Positions 9,484 to 18,856 of a DNA stretch of 64,000 nt are shown in pieces. A program made the translations under genes and the position numbers. The notes under the pieces were generated by a model, which saw only the letters and a program-made list of their open reading frames with translations, was not told the origin of the DNA and did not search any database. Source of the DNA: Burkholderiales bacterium (GTDB lineage Bacteria; Pseudomonadota; Gammaproteobacteria; Burkholderiales; SG8-41); the NCBI GenBank assembly GCA_964203275.1, contig CAXNMF010000012.1:46850-110849 (forward strand), in the 5' to 3' direction. Within the stretch, counting starts at the first letter, position 1; every line of letters begins with the position of its first letter.

Positions 9484-11214
9484 GCGCGCACCGCTTCCAC
9501 CACCGGCGCGGCATGGCCCGGCAGATGCGCCGGCCGCGGAATCGCTGCCAGCAGTTCGCGGGTGTAATCCGCCTGTGGCGCCGACAGCACACGGGTGGCC
9601 GGGCCTTCTTCAACAATGCAGCCGGCCCGCATGACGATGACGCGATCACACAGCAGCCTCACGACTTCGAGGTCATGGCTGACAAAAAGGTAACTCATGC
9701 CGAACTCGGCTTTCAGGTCGGCCAGCAGGTTGAGCACCACGGCCTGCACCGACACATCCAGTGCAGCAGTTGGCTCATCCAGTATCAGCAGTTCCGGTTT
9801 GGTCGAAATGGCCCTTGCGATGCCGACACGCGCCTTCTGGCCGCCCGACAACTGATGCGGCAATCGATCCAGAAGATCATGCTGCAGACCGACTTGCGTC
9901 GCCAGCGCTTCGACACGGGCGCGGATTTCGGCGCCGTTGCTCATGCCTTCGAGCCGGATCAGCGGATCGGCAATCGACTGCGCGGCCGTCGATCGCGGGT
10001 TGAGGCTTTCATGCGGATCCTGAAACACCATCTGCAGTTCGCGGCGCAGCGGTGAACGCGCAAACGCAGCCGCACTCACCGCCGTCAGTTCCTGCCCTTT
10101 GAAACGAATGCTGCCGGAGGTGGCATCCAGCAGCCGCATCACCATCGCCGAGGTCGTCGATTTGCCGCAGCCGGATTCACCGACCAGGCCCACACTTTCA
10201 CCACGGGCAACGCTGAAGCTGATGCCGGCCACAGCGCGATACGGTGCGCGTTTTTTCAGCCGCTGCAGAAAACCGCCCGGCGGATCGAATTCCTTGACCA
10301 GATTGCTCACTTCCAGCAAGGGTTCTGTCGAAACTGCCATCGCCGGCAGCAGCGGCATGCGCAAATCATCGGGCAGCAGATCGCGAATGGTGGCCGCGGC
10401 ATGCGGAGTCGAACGGATCAGCCGCCGGGTATAGGGGTGTGCTGGCGTCGTGAACAGTTTAGCGGTGTCCTGCTGCTCAACAACATCACCCTTCTCCATC
10501 ACGACGATGCGGTCGCAGTATTCACCGGCAAGGCCGAGGTCATGGGTAATCAGCAACGTTGACATGCCCTCGGAGCGGGTCAGATCACGCACCAGCTCCA
10601 TCACCGCCTTCTGCGTCGTGACATCCAGCCCGGTGGTCGGTTCATCCGCAATCAGCAACTGCGGCTTGCAGGCAAGCGCAATGGCAATGACCACGCGCTG
10701 GCACATGCCGCCGGAGAGTTCGAAGGGATAGGCGTGATAACGCCCTGCGGCTGCGTCACGAATGCGCACACGCTCCAGTGCCTCAATGGCCTTGGCTTTG
10801 GCCTGACGTCATCGTGCTGGTCTGCGCATGGCGAATCAGCACGTCTTCAATCTGTTTGCCCACGGTACGGATCGGATTGAGCGCCGCACGCGGATTCTGG
10901 AAAATCATCGAGATTTCGCGGCCGCGCAGATCGCTCATCATCGTCTTCACGGCGCGTCGTGCAACTGCATGCCGGCCGACAGTTCGATGCCACCTGAAAC
11001 AATGCGAGCCGGCGCGATCAAGAATGCGCATCACCGCATAAGAAGTCACCGACTTGCCGGAACCGCGATTCGCCGACAATGCCCAGAGTCTCACCCTTGG
11101 CCACTTGCAGGTTGACCGAGCGAACCGCACGCGACCGCGACCTTTGCGCGTGGCGAACTCAACACACAGGTCGCGCACGGCGAGCAGCGGTGGATTGTGC
11201 AGAGGGGTACTCAT
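9480..11214 (-). pseudogene. fused two-domain ABC ATPase (DppD/DppF-like) of a peptide-type transporter; N-terminal domain disrupted by at least 5 frame changes (or assembly indels)
   Basis: The C-terminal 429 aa are intact (GESGCGKST, LSGGQKARV). The N-terminal domain can only be rebuilt by hopping frames near 11131-11150, 11059-11075, 10999-11011, 10945-10959 and 10802-10817. For example, SRAVRSVNLQVAKGETLGIVGES is encoded out of frame between in-frame MSTPLHNPPLLAVRDLCVEFATR and SGKSVTSYAVMRILD. Confidence 0.8.
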
Positions 11215-12113
11215 GTGCGCCTCTGCGGATCAACGAGGTCGCGCAGGCCGTCGCCGAGCAGATTGAAGGTAAATACCGCCAGCATCAGCGCCGCGCCCGG
11301 AAACAGTGCGAGCCACCATTCACCCGAAACAATGTTAGTTGGCGCCTTCGGCGACCATGATGCCCCATTCCGGCGTCGGCGGCACGCACGCCGAGGCCGA
11401 TGAACGACAGTCCGGCGGCATTGAGAATGGCGTAACCCATGGTCAGCGAAATCTGCACCATCATCGATCGGCAGTGATGTTGGGCAGGATATGCGGCCAA
11501 GCAGAATGCGGAAGTCGCTATTGCCGGACAGCCGCGCCGCCTGCACATAGCCGGCCTCGCGCCGCATCGATGACTTCGGCGCGCGCCACGCGCGCATAAA
11601 GCGGGAAGTTGATGATCGCGGTGGCGATGACGATGTTCTGGTCACGGTGTTGCCGAGGCGCGGCGACGATGCCCATGGCGAGCACGAACAAGCGGAAAGG
11701 CCATGATCGTGTCGAGCGATCCGTCCGGACCAGCTTATCGAACCAGCTGCCCCAGTAACCTGCGCAGGCGCCCATCAGCGCACCGCAGACAAACGATAAC
11801 GCCACCGCGGATGCCGATGATCAGCAGATCAAGCCGTGTGGCGACCACGACGCGGCTGAAAATACGTCGCGGCCCAGCTGGTCGGTGCCGAACCAGTGCT
11901 GCCACGATGGCGGCTTGAGTGCCTTGTCGGCGGCGGTCGGCGAGGGGATCGTACGGCACCAGCATGTAGGGTCCGAACAATGCGCACTAAGCGATCAGCG
12001 CAGCCAGCAGGCACGAAAGCGAGACCGGTGACGGGATTTTCGACGTCATCGACATAACGAAAATGGGCGAAACCCCGGCTCCAGGATCGAAGTGCGCTGT
12101 GCGGCAGACGCAA
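11211..12113 (-). pseudogene. ABC permease (DppC-like), heavily fragmented
   Basis: Conserved segments are spread over all three frames: WFGTDQLGRDIFSRVVV, MALSFVCGALMGACAGYWGSWFDKLV, QNIVIATAIINFPLYARVARAEV, GYVQAARLSGNSDFRILLG, MVQISLTMGYAILNAAGLSFIGLGV, SGEWWLALFPGAALMLAVFTFNLLGDGLRDLVDPQRRT. There is also an apparent in-frame TAG at 11986-11988. The 5' limit is approximate. Confidence 0.7.
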
Positions 12114-12157
12114 TCGCGGCGGCTCATTACGGCATCAGCACGATGGTCATCCATCCC

Positions 12158-13184
12158 TCAGCCGTCGAGCCTGCACGCGCGGATCGATCACGCGTGTACA
12201 GCAGTGTCGATAAACAGATTGAGCACCACAAACAGCACCGCCATCGACGAGCACAAAACCCTGCACTGCGGCGTAAGTCCGATGACCACCAGCGCCTCAA
12301 TGGCGAATGAACCGATGCCAGGCCAGGCAAAAACTTTTTCGACCAGCACATTGGCGCCCAGCAGTGAACGAGAACACCATGCCCAGCGTGGTCACCACCG
12401 GCAGCAAGGCGTTGCGGAAGGCGTAGACCATCAGCACCCGCCCCCGTGACAGACCTGCTGCTCGCGCGGTGCGTAGATATTCGGAGGACAGCGCCTGCAG
12501 CATAGAAGCGCGAGTCATCCGCGCGATCGGCGCCAGCGTGAACAGCGCCAGCGTGATTGAAGGGAGCAGTAATTGCTTGAGGGCAGACCATGCCGTGCCC
12601 CACTCGCGTGCAATCAGGCTGTCGAAGACCAGAAAACCGGTGACCTGCGGCGGCGTGATGTGCATCAGATCAAGGCGCCCGAGCGGCGCCGGCGCGACGC
12701 CCAGCAGAAAATAAAACACATAGACCAGCAGCAGTCCGGTAAAAAAAGTCGGCAGGCTGACGCCGGCAGTCACCACAAAACGGCACAACTGATCAATCCA
12801 GCTGTCCTGGCGCACGGCCGCCAGCACACCCAATGGTATGGCGACCGTCACCGACAGCAGCAGCGCGGTCAATGTCAGCTCCAGCGAAGCCGGTAGGCGT
12901 TTCAGCAATTCCGTCGCCACCGGCTGTCCGGTGGACACCGATTGACCGAGGTTGCCGCTGCCCAGATCCTGCACATACTTCAGGAACTGCACTGGCAGCG
13001 GCTGGTCGAGTCCAAGCTTGGTACGAATTTCGGCAATTGATTCCGGCGTCGCCGAAGCACCTGCAAAATACGCAGCAGGGTCTCCCGGCAGCGCGCGCGT
13101 CAGCAGGAAGGTGACGATGACGATTCCGATCAGCGTCGGTATCGCCTGCAAGACGCGCGCAAAAATGATCGCCAGTTGACCCAT
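12158..13184 (-). pseudogene. ABC permease (DppB-like); C-terminal ~80 codons frameshifted
   Basis: The 295 aa ORF is intact to ...LLPVVTTLGMVFSF. The expected tail (LGANVLVEKVFAWPGIGSFAIEAL...VLNLFID...DPRV) is readable only in other frames between 12158 and ~12400. Confidence 0.75.
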
Positions 13185-13196
13185 GAAGCGGACCGG

Positions 13197-14807
13197 TCAG
13201 ACCTTGAACGACCGCGCATCCACCTGACGGTGGAACCAAAACTCGTACCCTTCGAGTTTGGGTGACATCGCCGATTCCAGCGTCGGCTGCCACAGCGGAA
13301 TCCGCGGCACGTCGTCAAAGGCTTTCTGGATCAGCTGCCTGATCTTGCCATCGTAAGACTTGTCGGATTTCTCCATGTGCAGCGTTTCGTCGATCAGCTT
13401 TTTCACGGCAGGATCGTCGTAATTCGACGCGTTGAACAGGTTGCCCTTGATGTAGGACCAGTAGAAATAATAGTCGGCGGTATTCAGCCAGCCGCCGAAG
13501 TTTTCGAGCAGGAAGGGCAGTTTTTTCTCGACCAGCGCCACCGTGCGCCAGTTGGCGCCCGGCACCTTGTCGAGCGTGACCTTGATGCCGATCTTGCCGA
13601 GGCTTTCCTGGATCAGCAGCGCGGCGGGTTCACCCCAGTCGGCTTCACCCAGGTCATAGGACAGCGGCACTTCAAAGCCGTCCTTGTATTTGGTCTGCGC
13701 CAGCAGTGCCTGCGCCTTTTTCAGGTCGGTGTCGTAGGGGAATTTCTGCGGCCACGCAGCGGTCGCCGGTTTCGGCGACTTGGCACCCCACATCGGCACG
13801 CCGCGGCCATAGGCGGCCTGCTTGAAAATCTGCTCGTACGGGATGGCATAAGCCACGGCCTGACGCACCTTCTGATCCTTGAACGGCTCGAAGTTGTAAT
13901 TCAGGCAGGCGACGTATAGGCAGTTGTCGATCGGCGAGCCGATCACCTTGACCTTCTTCGCCGCAGCGAGCTCCTGCGCATCCTTGTTGGGAATCTGGAA
14001 GGACAGGTGCGCGTCGCCGCGCTCGACCATCGCGCGTCGGGTCGCCGTTGCCGGCACTTCACGGATGATCACACGCTGCACGCCGGGCAGCGGACCGCCG
14101 ACCCATTTGTCGTTGCGCACATAGACCAGCTGCTGGCCGGCATCCCAGCGTTCAACCTTGAAGGCGCCGCTGCCTGCGGGATTGCGATGCAGGTATTCGG
14201 CAGCCCAGGGATCGGCCGCAGTGGCGTTGGCCTTCGCCACTTTGGAATTGATGACTACGGCCACAGGAACACCCAGATTGGGCAGCGAGAGTTTTGAGGG
14301 TTGCTTCAGATCAATGCGGAAAGTTTTGGCATCGACAACGACAAACTGCGCCGGGTCGACAAAACCGCCGGCGCCCATCTGCACTTTGGGGAAACCACCC
14401 AAGGCCAGCGCGCGGTCGAACGACCATTTGACGTCTTCCGCAGTAACCGGCGTGCCGTCCCAGAACGTGGCGTTGGCCTTGATCTTGAACAACAGGGACT
14501 TGCGATCCGAAGAAATCTGCCAGCTCTCTGCAAGTTCAGGCTCGACCTTGTCGTAGTCATACGACAGCGAACCATCGGCGAGTTTTTTGGTGCCAAAGGT
14601 CACCAGCCGGTCATACACATTGACCGCAACCTGGTAACTCGGGCGGTTGGTGCCGGGCCGATGAATATCCAGGCTGTTGATGGTGTTGCCAATCAGCACA
14701 ACAACCGTGCTGGCCGACTGCGCCCAGGCGTTGGTTTTCAAAAACGGCAACATTGCAGCGCCCGCAGCAACAGCGCCTGCAGATTTAAGAAGTTCGCGAC
14801 GGTTCAT
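13197..14807 (-). CDS. ABC transporter substrate-binding protein, family 5 (peptide/nickel type), intact
   Basis: 536 aa with a Tat/Sec-like leader MNRRELLKSAGAVAAGAAMLPFLKTNAWAQ and family 5 SBP blocks throughout. It is the first gene of the minus-strand operon. Confidence 0.9.
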   Translation of the reverse strand: MNRRELLKSAGAVAAGAAMLPFLKTNAWAQSASTVVVLIGNTINSLDIHRPGTNRPSYQVAVNVYDRLVTFGTKKLADGSLSYDYDKVEPELAESWQISSDRKSLLFKIKANATFWDGTPVTAEDVKWSFDRALALGGFPKVQMGAGGFVDPAQFVVVDAKTFRIDLKQPSKLSLPNLGVPVAVVINSKVAKANATAADPWAAEYLHRNPAGSGAFKVERWDAGQQLVYVRNDKWVGGPLPGVQRVIIREVPATATRRAMVERGDAHLSFQIPNKDAQELAAAKKVKVIGSPIDNCLYVACLNYNFEPFKDQKVRQAVAYAIPYEQIFKQAAYGRGVPMWGAKSPKPATAAWPQKFPYDTDLKKAQALLAQTKYKDGFEVPLSYDLGEADWGEPAALLIQESLGKIGIKVTLDKVPGANWRTVALVEKKLPFLLENFGGWLNTADYYFYWSYIKGNLFNASNYDDPAVKKLIDETLHMEKSDKSYDGKIRQLIQKAFDDVPRIPLWQPTLESAMSPKLEGYEFWFHRQVDARSFKV

Positions 14808-15127
14808 CTGGCATCCCTTTCGTGGTCTGACCGCATCTCAGGCGGTATACAAGATGGGATGCAAGAGGCGTGCCAAAAAATAAATTACTTCAAATATAAT
14901 AAAATTTTGTTTAAAAACATATATTTATTAATAATTTTTCTGGAATACCTCCACATAAAAAAGGCACCAATTCAGGGCCAACATCTCATTTGTGGCACTT
15001 AACGGTGCAGAGGACAACACCGATTCCGCGTTGGCTATACTCCGGCGCATGTTTTCCGCAAACAAGGGGAGGGAAAACAGATCATCACCGTCAACTCCAT
15101 GCGCGAGCATCAAAGGACGATCAATCA

Positions 15128-16033
15128 GTGACCAGCAGCAAAAAAAACGGTAAAGGCATTCCTCGAGCGGAAACACTCAGTCTCGGCGGATTGCGCGCCT
15201 TTGTTACCGTCATTGAGGAAGAAAGTTTTTCGAAAGCGGCAGCGAAGCTTGGCCTGAGCCAGCCCACGGTGTCGCTGCAGGTTCAGGCGCTTGAGCAGAC
15301 CTGCGGCGTGCGCCTGATGAACCGCCTGCGGAAACCGACGCTGACCCGCGAAGGCCGCGAGTTGCTGGTCAAGGCGCGACTGGTTTTAAGCGGACTGCAG
15401 GATCTCGAAACAGCGATCAGCGGCTTTCGCAATCTGACGCATGGCCGCATCGCACTCGGATTCAGCAGCCCGCAGCATGCTCTGCCCATACTGGCGCGAT
15501 TCCTCAGCAGCCATCCCCAGGTCGAAATCAGCACACAGGCTGGAAACACCGATTCATTGCTTGCCGATGTCGCCGCCTGCAGGGTCGATGTGGCCGTGGT
15601 CACGCTTGAAAACCTACCCACCGGATTTAATTGCCTCCCAGTGGCCCGGCAAAAGCTGCTGCTTTGCATACGGCGAGACCATCCCTGGGCCGGGCGGCGC
15701 ACGATCCGCATGGAACAACTCAACAGCCAGCCCCTTGTTCTGCGCGAACCAGGATCAATGACACGACGCATGTTCGAGCATGCCTGCGCTGCAGCGAAAC
15801 TGAACCCGCGCGCCAATCTCGAGGTATGCACGCGCGAAGCCTTGAAGGAGGCAGTCGCCGCTGGACTCGGTGCAGGCATTGTCCTCAGCGGCGAGTTTGG
15901 CAGCGACGAACGCCTGGAAACCATCAGCCTTGCAGCACCGGCAACTGAAGCCGGCGTCTATGTGGTTTGCCTCGAAGGTGCAACAGAGCTGCCCGCCATA
16001 GCCGCATTCCTCAAGGCATCAAGCGCAACTTGA
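15128..16033 (+). CDS. LysR-family transcriptional regulator
   Basis: HTH FSKAAAKLGLSQPTVSLQVQALEQ plus a LysR substrate-binding domain. Start placed at GTG 15128, with AGGA 10 nt upstream. The ORF-track start at 14990 adds 46 non-homologous residues. Confidence 0.85.
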   Translation: MTSSKKNGKGIPRAETLSLGGLRAFVTVIEEESFSKAAAKLGLSQPTVSLQVQALEQTCGVRLMNRLRKPTLTREGRELLVKARLVLSGLQDLETAISGFRNLTHGRIALGFSSPQHALPILARFLSSHPQVEISTQAGNTDSLLADVAACRVDVAVVTLENLPTGFNCLPVARQKLLLCIRRDHPWAGRRTIRMEQLNSQPLVLREPGSMTRRMFEHACAAAKLNPRANLEVCTREALKEAVAAGLGAGIVLSGEFGSDERLETISLAAPATEAGVYVVCLEGATELPAIAAFLKASSAT

Positions 16034-16036
16034 ATT

Positions 16037-16594
16037 TCAGCGCTGTGCAGCGCACTGCGCCATCAAGTCGATGAAGTGCTCAATCCCCGGCGTCTGAAGA
16101 CCGGCAATTTTGGCCTGATCATCGTACCGCCTCAGTTGAACAGCATCCTCGTGTCCCGCGGTGCGGCAGAAATGCTTGACCTCCTCATCACTCATCGCTC
16201 CTCCCTGCAACCGCAGGCTGCGCATCGAATCGTCGGATAGTTTTTCCATATAGCCGGCCTCAGCGCGACACAGGTAGCGCTTGGCGGCGACATGTAGGTG
16301 CACCGGCCGGCAGACCTCTTCACTGAACCATTGCGACAGGAAATCGGCACCCATACGCTGATGCAGATCATCAACACCCGCAGCGGCTGGCGCCTCTCCG
16401 AGTTCGTGAACCATATGACCAACGTCGTGCAGCAGCGTCGCTACGATCAGATGCGGCGGGCAACCATCGCGCTCTGCGAGTTGCGCCCCCTGCAGCGCAT
16501 GCTCAAGCTGGCTCAACTTGGTCAATCCGTATTGGTGTGGGCCTTTTTCCTTGTAAATCTTGATCAGAGGCGCAAGGGATAGGGTGTTTGTCAT
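16037..16594 (-). CDS. HD-domain protein, PhnZ-like (phosphonate-degradation HD oxygenase family)
   Basis: Start taken at the internal ATG 16594 (186 codons). Motifs LSQLEHALQGAQLAE, LLHDVGH, HLHVAAKRYL, LRLQGGAMS and LRRYDDQAK match my recollection of the PhnZ/TmpB family. The upstream part of the 271 aa ORF is an AT-rich spacer. Confidence 0.7.
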   Translation of the reverse strand: MTNTLSLAPLIKIYKEKGPHQYGLTKLSQLEHALQGAQLAERDGCPPHLIVATLLHDVGHMVHELGEAPAAAGVDDLHQRMGADFLSQWFSEEVCRPVHLHVAAKRYLCRAEAGYMEKLSDDSMRSLRLQGGAMSDEEVKHFCRTAGHEDAVQLRRYDDQAKIAGLQTPGIEHFIDLMAQCAAQR

Positions 16595-16750
16595 AAAAAT
16601 GAAATTTATAAAGTTAATAATTAACTTAGTATTATTTATATTTTCAATAACATTTGGGTCAACGTCAATATTGCGCGGCCTCATCAACACCAGCGGCGCA
16701 GACAGTCCTGCTTCGCACCCCGGCAACCTTCCAATCAGGAAAACCCATGA

Positions 16751-17209
16751 ATACCTGAATTCAAGTGCGTCACCGGCTATATCGAAGCGGGAAAGCGCGA
16801 AAGCGCCATGCCCGTGACCGGAGGCGTTGGGCCCGCTGCACTCGAGCTGCAAGACGGTTATTTCGTAATGCCCACCGTATTCGACGGCGTCAACCAGAAC
16901 ATGCGGATTGCGCAGAAAGATATCTTCGGGCCGGTCATGCCTGTCATTGCCTGGCGCGATATCGAAGACGTGCCGGCACAGGCCAACAGCCTCTCACTCG
17001 AACTGACGACCACCATCGTCACCCGCGATCTGGCGCAGGCCATGAAAACCGCCGAGCGCATCGAAGCAGGCTACGTCTGGATCAACGGCAACGGCAGCTA
17101 TCTGGGTGCGCCCTACGGCGGCTGGAAACACAGTGGCCCGGGGGCTGAGGAAACCTTCGAAGAAATGCTGATCTATATCCAAATTAAGAACGTCCACATG
17201 CGCTGGTAA
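16751..17209 (+). pseudogene. aldehyde dehydrogenase, C-terminal remnant only
   Basis: Encodes ...VTGYIEAGKRESA..GYFVMPTVFDGVNQNMRIAQKDIFGPVMPVIAW...RIEAGYVWINGNG...APYGGWKHSGPG, roughly the last 150 aa of a ~490 aa ALDH. The catalytic Cys region and NAD-binding domain are absent. Degenerate ALDH-like codons continue back to ~16680 in other frames, then an AT-rich spacer follows. Confidence 0.8.
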
Positions 17210-17254
17210 ATCCGGCGCACCAATCACTTGAATCGGCCAATGAAAGGATTTCTC

Positions 17255-18835
17255 ATGACTGCCTCCATCGAAAGCCGCCCCTCCAAGCACTCCGTTTTCT
17301 CATTCCTGTGGCTGATGTTCGCATTTGCCGCAATGTGGCCCAGCCTTGCCGAAGCACAGATGCGTGAATTGCGCGTTGGTGTCGCTTCACACGTACGCTC
17401 GCTGGATGTGCAGGAAGAAACCGGCAACAACGGCGCCCAGTTCCTGCACCAGATCTACGACACCCTGATCGAACGCGACAACTACGCTTCGCCGCTGCGA
17501 TTTGTGCCGGGACTGGCAACCAGCTGGAAAATGGTGGCACCGACGACCATGGAACTGAAGCTGCGGGACGGCGTCGTCATGCACGACGGCACAACCATGG
17601 ATGCCCAGGATGTCAAGTTCTCGCTTGAACGCATGCTTGACACGAAAGAACCGCGCTATGCCAGCGCGCGCGGCCGTTTTTTCTACAATCTCAAAAGCGT
17701 GGAGGCTGTTGATCGCCTGACGGTTCGCGTGCATACCCACAAGCCCGATCCGTTACTCGAGACGCTCCTCTCCGCACGCAACGCCGGGATCACATCCAAG
17801 GAGCACGTCGAGAAAGTGGGTAAGGACAAATCGGGACTGATCCCGGTAGGCTCAGGACCGTACCGCGTTCAGAGTTTCCGTCCCAACGAAGTCGTGGTTA
17901 TGCAAAGACACGAGAAATTCTGGGGTGAAAAGCCGCCGCTGGACCGCATTACCTACACCCGCATTCCGGAGGTTGCTGCACGGATCACTGCATTGGTGAA
18001 CCGTGAAGTGGACTTCATCACCAATGTCCCCCCCGACCAGGAAGCCGCGGCAAGCCGGGTCAAAGGTTTCAAACTGGTGGGCTCGGCCGCACCGGTCTTC
18101 CACATCTGGGTCATCAACATGAGCCATCCGCTGATGGCGAACCCGGACATGCGCAAGGCGCTCAACCTCGCAGTTGACCGCGAGGCACTGGTCAAGGCGC
18201 TGTGGAACGGCCGCGGCATCGCCCCCAAAGCCCACCAGTTCAAGGAGTACGGCGCGCCGATGTACATGCCGGATCTTGATTACTACCGCCACGGTCCCAA
18301 GCAGGCGCAGGCCTTGCTGAAAGCCGATAAGGGGAAACCATCAACATCATGTTCTTCCCGGAGCATTACTTGCGGCGTGCAAACTATGCCGCTGCAGCGG
18401 TGGCGGAGCATGTGGAAAAAGATCGGCATCAACGTAAAACTGCTGCAGCATGAGCCGGTATTCAGCTCAGCAGACCACAGCAATATCCAGATACGTCCGT
18501 GGTCCAATCCCCTTTACTACCCCGACCCCATGGGCGTATTCGATACCCATTGGTCCGAAGACAGCTGGGTGACCAAACGCGGCCTGTGGAAACCGGATCA
18601 TCCGGAGTGGAAGTCCACCTACGAAAAAGCACGCTTTGCTGCCGACCCGAAAGAACGCGCAACGGCTTACCGCAAACTGCTGCAGCTGGCTGACCAGTTG
18701 AGCGGCTGGATCGTGCTCTACCAGCCCTACGAGTCAGTTGCCATGAGAGAGGATATCGACTGGCGCGTACCAACAGCACAGCGTCCTTACGAGCTCACCT
18801 TCAGGGCCGGACAAATCAATTTCAAGAACCGTTAG
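17255..18835 (+). CDS. ABC transporter substrate-binding protein, family 5 (peptide type), containing a compensated frameshift pair
   Basis: Signal peptide MTASIESRPSKHSVFSFLWLMFAFAAMWPSLAEAQ with AAAGGA 6 nt upstream of ATG 17255. Between ~18325 and ~18412 the conserved sequence GETINIMFFPEHYLRRANYAAAAVAE is in another frame, while the annotated frame reads KPSTSCSSRSITCGVQTMPLQRWRS. Confidence 0.85.
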   Translation: MTASIESRPSKHSVFSFLWLMFAFAAMWPSLAEAQMRELRVGVASHVRSLDVQEETGNNGAQFLHQIYDTLIERDNYASPLRFVPGLATSWKMVAPTTMELKLRDGVVMHDGTTMDAQDVKFSLERMLDTKEPRYASARGRFFYNLKSVEAVDRLTVRVHTHKPDPLLETLLSARNAGITSKEHVEKVGKDKSGLIPVGSGPYRVQSFRPNEVVVMQRHEKFWGEKPPLDRITYTRIPEVAARITALVNREVDFITNVPPDQEAAASRVKGFKLVGSAAPVFHIWVINMSHPLMANPDMRKALNLAVDREALVKALWNGRGIAPKAHQFKEYGAPMYMPDLDYYRHGPKQAQALLKADKGKPSTSCSSRSITCGVQTMPLQRWRSMWKKIGINVKLLQHEPVFSSADHSNIQIRPWSNPLYYPDPMGVFDTHWSEDSWVTKRGLWKPDHPEWKSTYEKARFAADPKERATAYRKLLQLADQLSGWIVLYQPYESVAMREDIDWRVPTAQRPYELTFRAGQINFKNR

Positions 18836-18856
18836 CCGAAAAAATCGACCCTGCCA

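Noticed and set aside
14990-15127. Long N-terminal extensions in the ORF track, for example lysR from 14990, the HD gene to 16852, Bug genes to 27875 and from 28829, the hydrolase from 29808, OYE to 33880, GST to 50259, IF-1 from 50448 and MFP from 54876.
   Set aside because: Homology starts at internal start codons that have Shine-Dalgarno-like sequences. The extensions run through AT-rich spacers or neighbouring genes and are non-homologous.
16584-16612. Pho-box-like direct repeat TTGTCAT-AAAA-ATGAAAT near the PhnZ-like gene start, upstream of the ABC-PMH-PhoD operon.
   Set aside because: Only the first half-site is good, and the second matches 4 of 7. Spacing to any -10 element is wrong, and it overlaps a start codon in a generally AT-rich tract where such matches arise by chance.
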